Numbered from the stretch's first letter, positions 30,019 to 40,206 are shown. The stretch is DNA of 64,000 nt from Candidatus Bathyarchaeota archaeon (GCA_963715865.1 OY970280.1:1312001-1376000), one strand, 5' to 3'. The notes: a model not told the origin generated them from the letters alone. A program made the numbers and translations.

Positions 30019-30837
30019 TTAGAAGGGTATTCTTGAGCCGTCAAAGCCCATTTTTGAAATTCCCAGCTCATCCTTAACTTCTCGTAGCTGTGCAGCCGTG
30101 AAAACTGGGCCATCTCTGCAGACGCGGTATTTGCCAATTACGCAACTTCCACACAAGCCAATGCCGCAGCGCATCAGCCGCTCTAGGCTTGCTTCTATGG
30201 GTAACTTGCGTTGTTCTGTTAACTCAAAAATTTTCTTAACCATGACTTCTGGACCGCAAGTGTAAATCATGTCGAATTTTTCTCTGTCCAAGAGGCTGCT
30301 TAGGGGCTCAGTTACCAAGCACTGCAAGCCATAAGTGCCGTCTTCCGTTGTTGTAATCAAGCTTTTCTCATTACATACTCCGTTAAGCTCTCTGATAAAC
30401 AACAGTTCATCCTTGGTTTTTGCGCCCTCAACAAAGGATAAGCGTTCGGTTTTAGCTGAAAGCTGCTTTGCAAGAAACAGCAAAGGCGCCGTTCCCGTGC
30501 CACCGCCCACCAAAAGGACTCTGCCTCGGCTTTCAGTGAAACTGTTGCCAAAAGGCCCGCGTATGCCTACGGTTTCGCCTGCCGCCATGCTATGCAAATG
30601 CCTAGTTGCGTCGCCAACTTGCTTAACTGAAACAGAAACCAACCCGTTGCTGGTGTCCATTATGCTTAATGGGATTTCGTCCACACCAGGAATCCAAAGC
30701 ATCAGGAATTGTCCCGGTTTAGCTTTTGAGCATAGTCTGTCTGGAATGATGAAGGTTTTAACGGTTGGACTCTCGGTTCTAACTTGCACGATTTCTGTAG
30801 TTCTAAGCGTGTTAGCTGCGATGAGCGAGGCCGACAA
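30019..30837 (-). CDS. pyrK: Dihydroorotate dehydrogenase electron-transfer subunit
   Basis: PGQFLMLW..EIPLS, GIRGPFG, GGGTG, and the [2Fe-2S] motif CGIGLCGSC...VCRDGPVF. Confidence 0.92.
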   Translation of the reverse strand: MSASLIAANTLRTTEIVQVRTESPTVKTFIIPDRLCSKAKPGQFLMLWIPGVDEIPLSIMDTSNGLVSVSVKQVGDATRHLHSMAAGETVGIRGPFGNSFTESRGRVLLVGGGTGTAPLLFLAKQLSAKTERLSFVEGAKTKDELLFIRELNGVCNEKSLITTTEDGTYGLQCLVTEPLSSLLDREKFDMIYTCGPEVMVKKIFELTEQRKLPIEASLERLMRCGIGLCGSCVIGKYRVCRDGPVFTAAQLREVKDELGISKMGFDGSRIPF

Positions 30838-31736
30838 TTTCTTTTACACTCCTATAATGTTTCTTTCTCATGTAAACTTCTACTCCTTTAGTTATGGCTT
30901 GGAAAACCTCCGTGTCCTCCAACGCGATGGCAGTGCCAATTTGAACCGCTGAAGCACCAGCCAAGAAAAACTCAACAGCATCACGCCAATCCAGTTATTC
31001 CGCCACAGCCTATCAGTGGCACGTCGGGCAGTTCCTCGCGAATGTCATATACGCATCGTAGGGCTACTGGCTTGACGGCTGGACCAGATAAGCCGCCTTT
31101 TATGTTGCTTAAAATTGGACGCCCAGTTTCAACGTCAATCGCCATTGCTTTAAGCGTATTCACAGCGGTTAAAGCGTCTGCTCCAGCCTCAACGGCTGCC
31201 TTGGCTGTCACAGTTATATCTGCAACGTTTGGTGAAAGCTTCACGATTATGGGTTTGCCGACTGCTGCCTTCACTTTTTCAACGACTTCAGCGAGGAGTT
31301 TTGGGTTTTGACCGATTTCTGCGCCAGTCTGCTTTACATGCGGGCAGGAAACGTTTAGTTCCACGGCGTCAGCGCCTGCCTCAACGGCTTTTTTGGCAAC
31401 TGTTGCGTATTCATCTGCTGAGTAACCAAACACGCTTACTATGAGTGGAACGCGTAGAACTGTTTTGGAGAATTTTATTTCTTCAGCGTACAAGTCGATG
31501 CCAGGGTTTGGAAGACCCATAGCGTTTATTAATCCAGCCTCTGCTTGAACCACTGTTGGATTCGCATAGCCAACTCTAGGTTCTATGCCGATGGATTTTG
31601 TGACTACTGCTCCTGCGCCGCCCTTGGCTACGCGGTTTAAGGATTCTGCTGAGTAGCCCAATATTCCAGATGCTAGAATAGTTGGGTTTTTCAGTTCCAA
31701 GCCTGCTAAGCTTGTACTTAACGGATTGCTTTCCAA
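30812..31736 (-). pseudogene. pyrD: Dihydroorotate dehydrogenase class 1B catalytic subunit, apparently frameshifted at 30991-30992
   Basis: LNVSCPH, VKLSPN, GGLSGPAVKP, IGCGGIT. Removing one G restores ITDWRDAVEFFLAGASAVQIGTA...GLAHRS* (stop 30812-30814). May be a sequencing error rather than a true pseudogene. Confidence 0.88.
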
Positions 31737-32284
31737 ACAAATTCACCCGTTCAATCTAGTTTATTACTTTTAAAAAGATAAAGCTTCTTTTAAGGCAAAT
31801 TATTTCAACCGGCAAAAAAGAGGCTAAAATGCTTTTTTGAATAGTTATAACGCTTTTTATGTTTACTTTGTCATGCTGTTGAAGGAAATGAGTATTTTCT
31901 TGTGAAAAAAGAAAATGAGGGTATAGGCAAACTTTGTAGCGCCTTATTTCTTCTTTTTACCCTTTTTCTCAACCTTTTTAGGAGCCTTAGCCACTCTAAT
32001 AACCTCAAAGCTACAATTGGCTTCGATTTATATTTAAAATTTGCTAAAGGTCAAACATTCTGGCGCAACTCAATAAAAGCGCATTAAAAATGGCGCTATA
32101 AGCAAAATAACCCTAAAAATAGGCGACTAATTTAGGCTTTTTCGCATGCTTTTTTGGCAGGTCAGTTTTTACATTTATGTGTCAATATCTAAGTGTTGTT
32201 TTTGGACAGTTTTTTATTCGGAAAGTTTTTTATAGCAGTCCATTGTAAAAAATTACACAGCGATGCAAAAAATTCCCAAGGTGA

Positions 32285-33100
32285 TTAAAGATAATCAACC
32301 CAAGCAAAACAAGCCAAAGAACCAAACAAATCGCCACACTCACGATTTTTACTGCACTCTACATTGTTTTACGGTTCATCCCATTCAGCTTGCTCATAGG
32401 AGGAGGCGGATACCTTTCCTTCTCCGATTTCTTAGCTCCAATATTAGGCATCCTGTTAGGACCCTACCTTGGAGGCTTAAGCGTATTAATCGGTAATTTT
32501 GGAGCAATCGGTTTAGGCAGACCCCCGATGTTCTTGGGCTTAGATTTTCTACCTGACTTTGTCGCCGCTGTTTCAGTAGGCTTCCTGATGAGACGCAAAT
32601 GGTTACCAGTAGTTATCTTGAACGCTGGTTTACTGCTTCTGTTTTTTGTTGACCCACTAACCAGCATATTTGTCACCATTCCAGGCACATCTATTTCAAT
32701 TCCTTTTGCTTGGATGCACATTGCCGCATTCATAGTACTACTTTCACCCCTAGGGCGAAAAGCGGCAAAATGGGTTGAGACAGCTAACAAAACTGAACTC
32801 GTAGCCGGTGGACTGACAATTTTAACTTTAATTGGAACAATGATGCAGCATCTTACAGGAAATTTACTTTTTGAATTTGTATTTGGACAAATTAATCCAC
32901 CTATAATTCCGGCGGCAGCATGGCCAACAGAATGGGCTCTTGTAGTCTTGGCTTATCCCGTGGAACGGACAATTCTAATTATTTCCGCTGTACTAGTCGG
33001 AACCCCACTTATATTGGCTGTCACTAAAAATTCTCTCATAAAAATTGGAAAACAAGAACAACCCAAGACCGCTTCAGCAGAGCAACCCTCTACTTCTTAA
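32285..33100 (+). CDS. ECF-transporter S-component-like membrane protein
   Basis: The frame is open 35 codons upstream of the ORF-track TTG (LKIINPSKTSQRTKQIATLTIFTALYIVLRFIP...), then APILGILLGPYLGGLSVLIG, as in S-components. About 6-7 TMs; no canonical start codon after the upstream TGA. Confidence 0.6.
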   Translation, partial: LKIINPSKTSQRTKQIATLTIFTALYIVLRFIPFSLLIGGGGYLSFSDFLAPILGILLGPYLGGLSVLIGNFGAIGLGRPPMFLGLDFLPDFVAAVSVGFLMRRKWLPVVILNAGLLLLFFVDPLTSIFVTIPGTSISIPFAWMHIAAFIVLLSPLGRKAAKWVETANKTELVAGGLTILTLIGTMMQHLTGNLLFEFVFGQINPPIIPAAAWPTEWALVVLAYPVERTILIISAVLVGTPLILAVTKNSLIKIGKQEQPKTASAEQPSTS

Positions 33101-34652
33101 ACAAAAGACTATCCTGAATGTATTCTTTTCCAGTTCGCAGTGCTATTTCAGCCTTTGCCAATTCGCTTCCCAAATAAGCAGCATGATCCAGCCTCGTTAC
33201 CAAGCCCAGTTGCATAATTTTATCGTATACTCCCTCAGCGGTTTTGCCCTTGATAACGTTAATCGGTTTATTCATCTCAAGCGAAGTATAATGGACTGCA
33301 ACCAAAACGTTTTCAACACGGTCTACGGCGATTTTAAACATGCCTTCTGCATCCAGAATTGCTGGCTCCAGCTTCTCAGATGCCCACACAACTTTGGCGT
33401 CTGCTTCCGATTTTTTATCGTAAGGCTCTTCGTGCACGCGTTTGTCTTTAAGGACAAGAAGGTCTATGCCTAGGTCTTTAGGAACTGAACCTCGTTTTTT
33501 CGCTAAAAACATCATTTTAGCCGCCGCAACCTCCTCGCTTACAGTGCCTTTCGCCTTGTCACTTTTCTCCGTAGCCAACAAAATGCTTGCGCCAACTTCT
33601 GAGGATAAACGTGCAAGTAAAGCGTTAACGCCAACCGAATCTGCATCCATCAATTCAGTAACATTCGAAACACCAACAAACAACGGCACACTAGGGTTTC
33701 TATCAGCGAATTGTCGAAAAGCAATAAACGATTCCAAAACATCTGACGGTTCAAGAATCAAGTCCGCTATGCATTTTGTCATGCCTAACTTCTTTGCTTT
33801 CTGAATTATTTCCTCTAGGAACTTAACGCGTTCTTCAGCTTTTTTTGGGAAATAGCCTTGGCGTTGATTTGTCGGAATGACAACCACAGCGACGTCCGAG
33901 ACGAAAGGTGCAATCGCTTCAATGTTACCTGCATCTGCACTTAATACGAGGTCTGCGCCAGCAAGAACTGCTTCTCGAATCTCATCTGGATCAAGCGTAT
34001 CTATGCTCACAGGCACATCCACAGCTTGCTTGACAAGTTTAACAATGCGCCTTGCATCTGAAGGTCTGGATTCACCTGCAACCATTCCAACGTCAATAAT
34101 GTCTGCGCCAGCCTGAACGAAATGTTTTGCTAACCTCTGGATTGTGTCTTTATCCATTAAGGGGGCATCAACGATTTCAGCCAGCACACGCATGGGAAAG
34201 TCTTTGCCAACCGCCAAGTTTCCAATCAGCATGCTGCCAGGTTTCTTTAGCAGTTCATCACGGTTTTGCTCTGCCTTCTCTATTTCCTGCAACGCTTTTT
34301 TCTGAAGTTTCTCCCGCAGCAAATCGCACGCTGGCACAACTGTTGAAAGCTGAACTTCTCCAAGCGAATCCAGCACTGTTGGCAAATCAGCAGCGTACCT
34401 TGGACCTTTAAAGGTCTGGACGCCAAACGCTTTTGTAATTACTGATGTGTCTCCTCGGACGAGCCCTGGTACCAAAATCATGTCAAAGCCTTTTAGGTTC
34501 ATGTTTTCTAGGGCTTTGGCGATGGTTTCAGGCGTTAGCAAGGCAGCAACTGGAATCTTGAGGGCAACTGTTTCGGTGTTTACGCTGCTTTCTTGTGCAT
34601 AGCGTTTAACCGTGTCCTCTGCGAGTGCACCTGTAATTAAGAGTACCTTCAA
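33090..34652 (-). CDS. Dihydropteroate-synthase-like protein (MJ0107-type, with C-terminal DUF4346-like domain)
   Basis: LLITGALAE start (TTG 34652), GADIIDVG, VSIDTLD, GVSNVTELMDADSVG, HAAYLGSELAKAE.AL..GKEYIQD. Confidence 0.85.
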   Translation of the reverse strand: MKVLLITGALAEDTVKRYAQESSVNTETVALKIPVAALLTPETIAKALENMNLKGFDMILVPGLVRGDTSVITKAFGVQTFKGPRYAADLPTVLDSLGEVQLSTVVPACDLLREKLQKKALQEIEKAEQNRDELLKKPGSMLIGNLAVGKDFPMRVLAEIVDAPLMDKDTIQRLAKHFVQAGADIIDVGMVAGESRPSDARRIVKLVKQAVDVPVSIDTLDPDEIREAVLAGADLVLSADAGNIEAIAPFVSDVAVVVIPTNQRQGYFPKKAEERVKFLEEIIQKAKKLGMTKCIADLILEPSDVLESFIAFRQFADRNPSVPLFVGVSNVTELMDADSVGVNALLARLSSEVGASILLATEKSDKAKGTVSEEVAAAKMMFLAKKRGSVPKDLGIDLLVLKDKRVHEEPYDKKSEADAKVVWASEKLEPAILDAEGMFKIAVDRVENVLVAVHYTSLEMNKPINVIKGKTAEGVYDKIMQLGLVTRLDHAAYLGSELAKAEIALRTGKEYIQDSLLFKK

Positions 34653-34665
34653 ATTGTCCGCTTTG

Positions 34666-35636
34666 TTAATTGACAAGTTTAATGGTTGCTCCCTTATTGT
34701 TTGCTTTTGCAATGAAGGCTTGTCCGCCCACGTTTTTGTTCAGGTAAGCTTTGACTTTTGAGAGCACTTGTTTAGCTTCTTCTTGTTTTACCACGCCGTA
34801 GAGTGCTGGTCCCCAGGAACTTTGTCCAACTCCGTAAGCGCCAATTTCTTTCATGAACTCTATATAGTCTGCAATGTCAGCTCTTGTGGATCTTCCGCCT
34901 TGCACTTGGGCAAAGTACCCTCCAATTATTTCTTGAATTGTGGTTAAGGCTTCTCCAAAATTTTTAATGTCATGTTCAGCCAATGCTGGAAGAAGCTTGA
35001 GCATGGTTAAACGGCAGATTTTTCCAACCTCTTCCGCTCGCATTTTTTGCAATTTGTTAAAGGCTGAGTTTTCCTCCGAATTAGATAAGCCTTCAATCAA
35101 GTTTGGAATGGCAACGATGAAACGCCATTCTGTGGGAAATGGTTGGCGATAAATTAAAGGCGGAAACTTTGCATTGCCAACTATATGGCTTTTCCTCCGT
35201 CAACCACGAATCCGCCTTTTTCAAAGATTGCCGTGCCAACGCCTGTTCTTCTGGCTCTATCCATGGCAACTGTTAGTTCCTGAGTTGAAGCTTTCACATT
35301 GAACAGTTTGGCAAGAGCTACCGCGATGGCAAGGGATAGTTGGGTTCCGGAGCCTAAGCCGACATGTGCTGGAATTGACTGTTTAACGTTTATGTGGACA
35401 TTGGGTTGCATCGGGTAAGCGGTGAAGAAGCGTTTTGCCAGAGCATTTACAATTTCGGTTTCTTGGCCTTCTATGAATAAGTTTTCTGATTGTTCAGCTT
35501 CAACGATGACGTTCGGGTGGTCTATGCCTACGCCTAAGCCGCCAAACATCCGCCCCAAATCGCCATTTAAATCTATCAGTCCCAAGTGAAGTCGAGCTGG
35601 AGTTTTAACGTAAACCTTCACTTGCTGTTCCTCCAT
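34666..35636 (-). pseudogene. mptG: Beta-ribofuranosylaminobenzene 5'-phosphate synthase (GHMP family), split by a 1-nt deletion in the T4 run 35190-35193
   Basis: TPARLHLGLIDLNG, HVGLGSGTQ, GGFVVDGG; adding one A gives GGKSHIVGNAKFPPLIYRQPFPTEWRF...GQSSWGP. Confidence 0.85.
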
Positions 35637-36268
35637 GAATCAATTCTTTTCATTAAATCAGCCATAACCATAGAGTAAGATGAGTTTGGAGCTACTCGAT
35701 TTACGACGCTGCTGCAGTTTTCAATCAGTTCCAAAAGTTTGCTAACGTGTTTTTGTTCCTTTTTGTCGTTTATTAGAGCTTTTACGCGGGTTGCGTGTAT
35801 GATGGCCTCAACCGTTGCTGACATGGCGCGGCAGTAAACTTGAGGATAATTCTGCGTTGCCTGCACTAGTTTTACGTTGCATACGGCTTTGGTTTTTTCT
35901 GTGCCGATTGGCATCATGTCATTGACTGAAACATCGATTGATGCATCTGCAAAACGTAGTCTAGGCGCGTTAACAGTTTTTGCTGGTTCAAACCATTCTT
36001 CAGGCGGTTTTCCGCTGGGGTTTGCTTCTTTGAAGGCTGTTTTGTAAAAAACCTCTATGTTGCTTGTTAAATTTACAACTGCACACCTGTTTGCTTTAAT
36101 GTTACTGCAGGTTGATGATGAATTGAAAAGGTTAATGATGAGATGCTGTTCGTCCTCCATGATGGCGCCCATTGGCGCCGCGTTCGGTTTTCCATCTGTG
36201 TTATAGGTGGAAACTATGGTTTCTGCAATTATGCCTTTTGAGAAGCCTAAATCAGTTAACTTCGCCAT
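35618..36268 (-). CDS. DUF447 family protein
   Basis: ETIVST..PNAAPMG, FMN-split-barrel-like N-terminus, EAIIHATR; start set at ATG 36268. Confidence 0.78.
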   Translation of the reverse strand: MAKLTDLGFSKGIIAETIVSTYNTDGKPNAAPMGAIMEDEQHLIINLFNSSSTCSNIKANRCAVVNLTSNIEVFYKTAFKEANPSGKPPEEWFEPAKTVNAPRLRFADASIDVSVNDMMPIGTEKTKAVCNVKLVQATQNYPQVYCRAMSATVEAIIHATRVKALINDKKEQKHVSKLLELIENCSSVVNRVAPNSSYSMVMADLMKRIDSWRNSK

Positions 36269-36690
36269 CAAACCAACCGAGCCACCTAGGAGGCCGTAAG
36301 CATTTTGTTTCAACCGAATGTAAAATTTCACAGTGGCATAATAAAGTTTTGCCAACCTAAACGTCAGTTGCATTTTAGACAGGCAGTTTTTTGTAAGGTT
36401 GGTGCGCAAACGTTGAAGTATGCTTACTATGTAAGGTTTTTAAGGAATTAAACGTTCTAATTTTTATGAGTTTTTCGAGCTTTTCATTTTTTGAATACTC
36501 ATTGTTTGGTGGTTAAAAACTAAAATGGCAATTAAGGTAGCTTTGGTTTACCCGTATTTTCACATGGCGAACGATAATTCAATTTTCCGTTTTCAAAAAT
36601 TTTCAAAAATTGTTTAATTGATAGGCAGGCATTTAATCTCAAACCCGCAAGAATATGGAAGGCAAAATAACACTATAAAAGTGCAACCAG

Positions 36691-37191
36691 TTGCAAAAAC
36701 TAATCATAATCCCTACCATCATCAGTTCACTAAGAATCGTAGTTCTACCCCTCTTCTTTTACCTCTACAACGCAGGAAACATAACCTTGTGTTTAATCCT
36801 GTTCGCTTTCTCGGCTGCCACGGATTTATTTGATGGCTATTTAGCTAGAAGATTAAAGGTAGCCTCAAGGTTCGGCGCCTATTACGACGCAGCAACCGAC
36901 TTTGCCCTTGTAATCGGTATATTCACATTCTTCGCAGCCAAAGGATACTATCCTACATGGCTATTGCTGCTCATAACCGCATCATTCATTCAATTCCTAG
37001 CCACAAGCCTTTACGCCAAAAAACTATACGACCCAATCGGCAGATACATTGGAAGCGCCCTATACATAGGCATAGTTCTAACGTTAATTTTCCCAACACA
37101 AGCAACATTCAGCTTTGTAGAATATGCCTTCGTAGGATTTTTCTTAATCTCGCTTGGAAGCCGAGCAGTGAGCTTGGCTAAAAAAACATGA
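36691..37191 (+). CDS. CDP-alcohol phosphatidyltransferase family protein
   Basis: DLFDGYLARR......GAYYDAATD signature. Confidence 0.88.
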   Translation: MQKLIIIPTIISSLRIVVLPLFFYLYNAGNITLCLILFAFSAATDLFDGYLARRLKVASRFGAYYDAATDFALVIGIFTFFAAKGYYPTWLLLLITASFIQFLATSLYAKKLYDPIGRYIGSALYIGIVLTLIFPTQATFSFVEYAFVGFFLISLGSRAVSLAKKT

Positions 37192-37208
37192 TTAGGCGTA
37201 CTCTTGAT

Positions 37209-37469
37209 TTAGGTTTTAAGGCTTGTTTTTATCATTGCTTCAAGTTTTGGGTTATTTACGCCTGTGCAGATAATTTTTCTTTTGTCGAAATCTATTTTGC
37301 CTGAAGCTTCCAGATTATCTAAAATTCGTTTGTAAGTTTGGTATGGTATTTTTTTGGGTAGCCTTCGCCAAAGTTGAGTTCTTGTGTAGTAATCATCAGC
37401 ATTTAGAAGCGCATTCTCCACTGTAAGGATTGTATCTAGCTTGGACTCGTGAATGACTCTTTTTGGCAT
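37209..37469 (-). CDS. Small winged-helix-like protein
   Basis: LDTILTVE...TQLWRRLP...YQTYKRILDNLEASGKI helix-turn-helix-wing pattern. Confidence 0.6.
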   Translation of the reverse strand: MPKRVIHESKLDTILTVENALLNADDYYTRTQLWRRLPKKIPYQTYKRILDNLEASGKIDFDKRKIICTGVNNPKLEAMIKTSLKT

Positions 37470-37623
37470 TATTTCACTTTGTCAATTGCTATTATTCTGT
37501 GGACAATTATATAATTTAGTGGATTCACCGCTTCATTCCGCGAGTTTGCCCTAGCGAGACCATTATTAATAAATCGTCCTGCTCCTTCTCTCTTACGGTT
37601 GGCAAATTAGGTCGTTTAGTATA

Positions 37624-38640
37624 TTGGAGCAAAAATCTTTCGCAAGTCACTTTCCTGACTTAATTCGCGTTTCAACAGGCACCGCCATAGTTCTCGAACT
37701 GTTAAAAGGCAAGTTAGATGCTGAGCCTACAACGGCGTATCTGATGACTTACAAGGCGGGCAAGTGCACGGCTAACTGTGGTTTCTGCCCCCAAGCTAGA
37801 GGAAGCAAAAGCAGCACGGAACTGCTGTCTAGGGTTTCATGGCCAACCTTTCCAACCTCAAACGTCCTAACAGCGCTTAGCAACGTGTCAAAGCAGGGAA
37901 AAATCAAGCGCGTTTGCATCCAAGCCCTAAATTACCCAAGCGTTTTTGTGCATCTTGAAGCGCTCGTGAAAGAAATAAAAAAACGCGCTGCCATTCCTGT
38001 TTCGGTTTCATGCCAACCCCTCAATAAAGAAAACATACAGCTCTTGGCAAAAGCTGGCGTTGACAGGTTAGGTATAGCATTGGATGCAGCAACCGAAGCC
38101 TTGTTCAATAAAGTTAAGGGTAAAGGTGCAGGCGGCTCTTACAGTTGGGAAAACCAGTTCTGCATGTTAAGTGAAGCAATAGCGGTTTTTGGGAGAGGAA
38201 ATGTAAGCACACATGTAATTGTTGGATTAGGTGAGACAGAGAAAGAAGCAGCCCAAATAATTCAAAAATGCGTTGATATGAGTGTTTTGCCAGCTCTTTT
38301 TGCTTTCACACCAATCCGAGGCACGGCATTGGAAACCAATCCTCCGCCGCCGCTTGAATCATACAGGCGACTGCAGCTTACGAGGTACTTAATAGTTAAT
38401 GGTTTAGTGAGATATGAGGATGTACGCTTTGATGGTGAGGGCAAAATAACAAATTTCGGCTTAGCAAGTGATGCGTTAAAACCGATAATTGAATATGGCG
38501 AGCCCCTTCTCACTTCCGGCTGTCCAGACTGCAACCGCCCCTTTTACAATGAAAAACCAAGCGGACCAATCTACAATTACCCAAGAAAACCAAGCCACGA
38601 AGAGATAGAAAAAATAAAAAAGCAGCTGAAATTCTGCTAA
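37624..38640 (+). CDS. Radical SAM protein, biotin-synthase-like; LipS2-type lipoyl synthase component candidate
   Basis: CTANCGFC (CX3CX2C) and C-terminal TSGCPDCNRP matching the TXGCPXC(N/D)RP motif I recall for LipS2. Confidence 0.65.
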   Translation: MEQKSFASHFPDLIRVSTGTAIVLELLKGKLDAEPTTAYLMTYKAGKCTANCGFCPQARGSKSSTELLSRVSWPTFPTSNVLTALSNVSKQGKIKRVCIQALNYPSVFVHLEALVKEIKKRAAIPVSVSCQPLNKENIQLLAKAGVDRLGIALDAATEALFNKVKGKGAGGSYSWENQFCMLSEAIAVFGRGNVSTHVIVGLGETEKEAAQIIQKCVDMSVLPALFAFTPIRGTALETNPPPPLESYRRLQLTRYLIVNGLVRYEDVRFDGEGKITNFGLASDALKPIIEYGEPLLTSGCPDCNRPFYNEKPSGPIYNYPRKPSHEEIEKIKKQLKFC

Positions 38641-40004
38641 GTTAGCAGCTGATCGGCTGTTTGCTGGGATTGCTTTTTGTCGTTTTTCGGCGGTTTGGGT
38701 TTTTGCCTTGTTACCTGCTCAACTAAACGCCAGAACTCGTCCATGGTGTAGCCTTTTAGCAGGTCTTTCATGAGTTTTTTAACTTGGTAGTATGTCATTT
38801 GGGCTTCGCCTTTGTCCAAGCTTTCCTGCGGACCCTTAATGCGCCTGAAAAGCTCGTCCATTTGCCGTGGTGAAGCCCTAACTCCTGCTTTCTCCAAAAG
38901 TTTCTGAATGAGGGTTTGCCCAGTGTTTCTGCCTATGAAAATTATTGTTTCTCTGCCTACGATTTCAGGTGGGAAGGGCTCGAAAACCAGGGGGTGAGCC
39001 ATCATTTCCTCCGCTTCTTCTTCTACTTCATGGGTGAAAATGTTTTCGCCAATTATGGGTTTGTGGAATTGGATTGGTAAGGCAAATGCTTTTTCAGCTG
39101 ATTGAGCAAGGCGGTAAATTTTTCCCATATCTATTCCAGTATCGATATTATAAAGCAGTTCTGCTGCTGTCACAACCTCTTCAAATGGAGCTATTCCAGC
39201 GCGTTCGCCAAAGCCAGCAATGCATGTATGCAGGTATGACACGCCTTCTTCCATAGCCGCTAGGGTGTTTGCTGATGCCAAGCCGAAATCGTTATGGCAG
39301 TGAATTGAAAGCGCTGCTTTCTTTTTCACAGAGTCAGGCAAACCATCTCGAACATGGGAAATTAAATAACGCATAGAAAGCGGCCTTATGAATCCAACAC
39401 TGTCAGCTATCGCTAACCTTACTGCTCCAGCGTTGGCTGCGGCCTCAAAAACTTGCAGGATATCTTCCAGAGGCGTTCTTGTGCCGTCCATGAGAACGAA
39501 GCTTACGGCTGCTCCGTGCTTTTTTGCGTAGTCTATGCTTTCAACTATTCTTTGTAATGCTTGTTCTTTGGTTATTTTTAGTTTGTATTGCAGGTTTAAA
39601 CCGTTAATGGGTGACTCAATGGTTACTTCTTTTATACCGCATTCTAAGCAGGCGTTTACGCTGTTTTTGGTTGGTTCAGCTGAGGCCGTAAGTTTTGCGT
39701 TAACGAAACTTTCGTTTACAATACGTTTAACGTTGCGTTTTTCGTCTTCGGATATAGCTGGGAAGCCCACGTTAATTATGGCTACGCCTGCTTCATCCAT
39801 TAACTTTGCAAGCCTAACTTGCTCAACATAAGTTAAATAAACCGTTGGTGCCTTGATGCCTTCCCTGAATGTTTCATCCCAAATAAACACTCGATCAGGA
39901 AGTCTGGGCGGTAAATTCTTTCTTAAACGATTATAATTCGCAATTAGCCCTTGCGCTTCAAGCTTTTTAAATATCGTCTTTCTCATCGAGACACAATCCA
40001 ACAA
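38637..40004 (-). CDS. DRE-TIM (LeuA/homocitrate/citramalate synthase-like) protein with degenerate active-site motifs
   Basis: DETFREG, ADSVG, HCHNDFGLA, GERAG, FEPFPPEIVG; no LeuA regulatory domain. Confidence 0.8.
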   Translation of the reverse strand: MLDCVSMRKTIFKKLEAQGLIANYNRLRKNLPPRLPDRVFIWDETFREGIKAPTVYLTYVEQVRLAKLMDEAGVAIINVGFPAISEDEKRNVKRIVNESFVNAKLTASAEPTKNSVNACLECGIKEVTIESPINGLNLQYKLKITKEQALQRIVESIDYAKKHGAAVSFVLMDGTRTPLEDILQVFEAAANAGAVRLAIADSVGFIRPLSMRYLISHVRDGLPDSVKKKAALSIHCHNDFGLASANTLAAMEEGVSYLHTCIAGFGERAGIAPFEEVVTAAELLYNIDTGIDMGKIYRLAQSAEKAFALPIQFHKPIIGENIFTHEVEEEAEEMMAHPLVFEPFPPEIVGRETIIFIGRNTGQTLIQKLLEKAGVRASPRQMDELFRRIKGPQESLDKGEAQMTYYQVKKLMKDLLKGYTMDEFWRLVEQVTRQKPKPPKNDKKQSQQTADQLLT

Positions 40005-40206
40005 TATAGAAGCTGAACGGTATGTTTAATTTGCTAATTCCTATATAAAAACTGCATCTATCAAGAGCAACCGCGCTTACAGTTCACCATAAAAATATTA
40101 GAAAACAGCGATTTTTTTAAAAAAAAAGTAATTTTACAGAGCAATTAATGGCAAAAGTCTTAAGTGCAAAAAAGACAATGTATAAGCCGCCAAGGGGAAG
40201 CAAAAA

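Noticed and set aside
32263-32496. 77-aa ORF MQKIPKVIKDNQ...
   Set aside because: Overlaps the true S-component reading frame; at most its first codons matter if there is a frameshift.
37624-38640. Calling this gene bioB
   Set aside because: C-terminal motif fits the LipS2-like group better and no bio genes are nearby.
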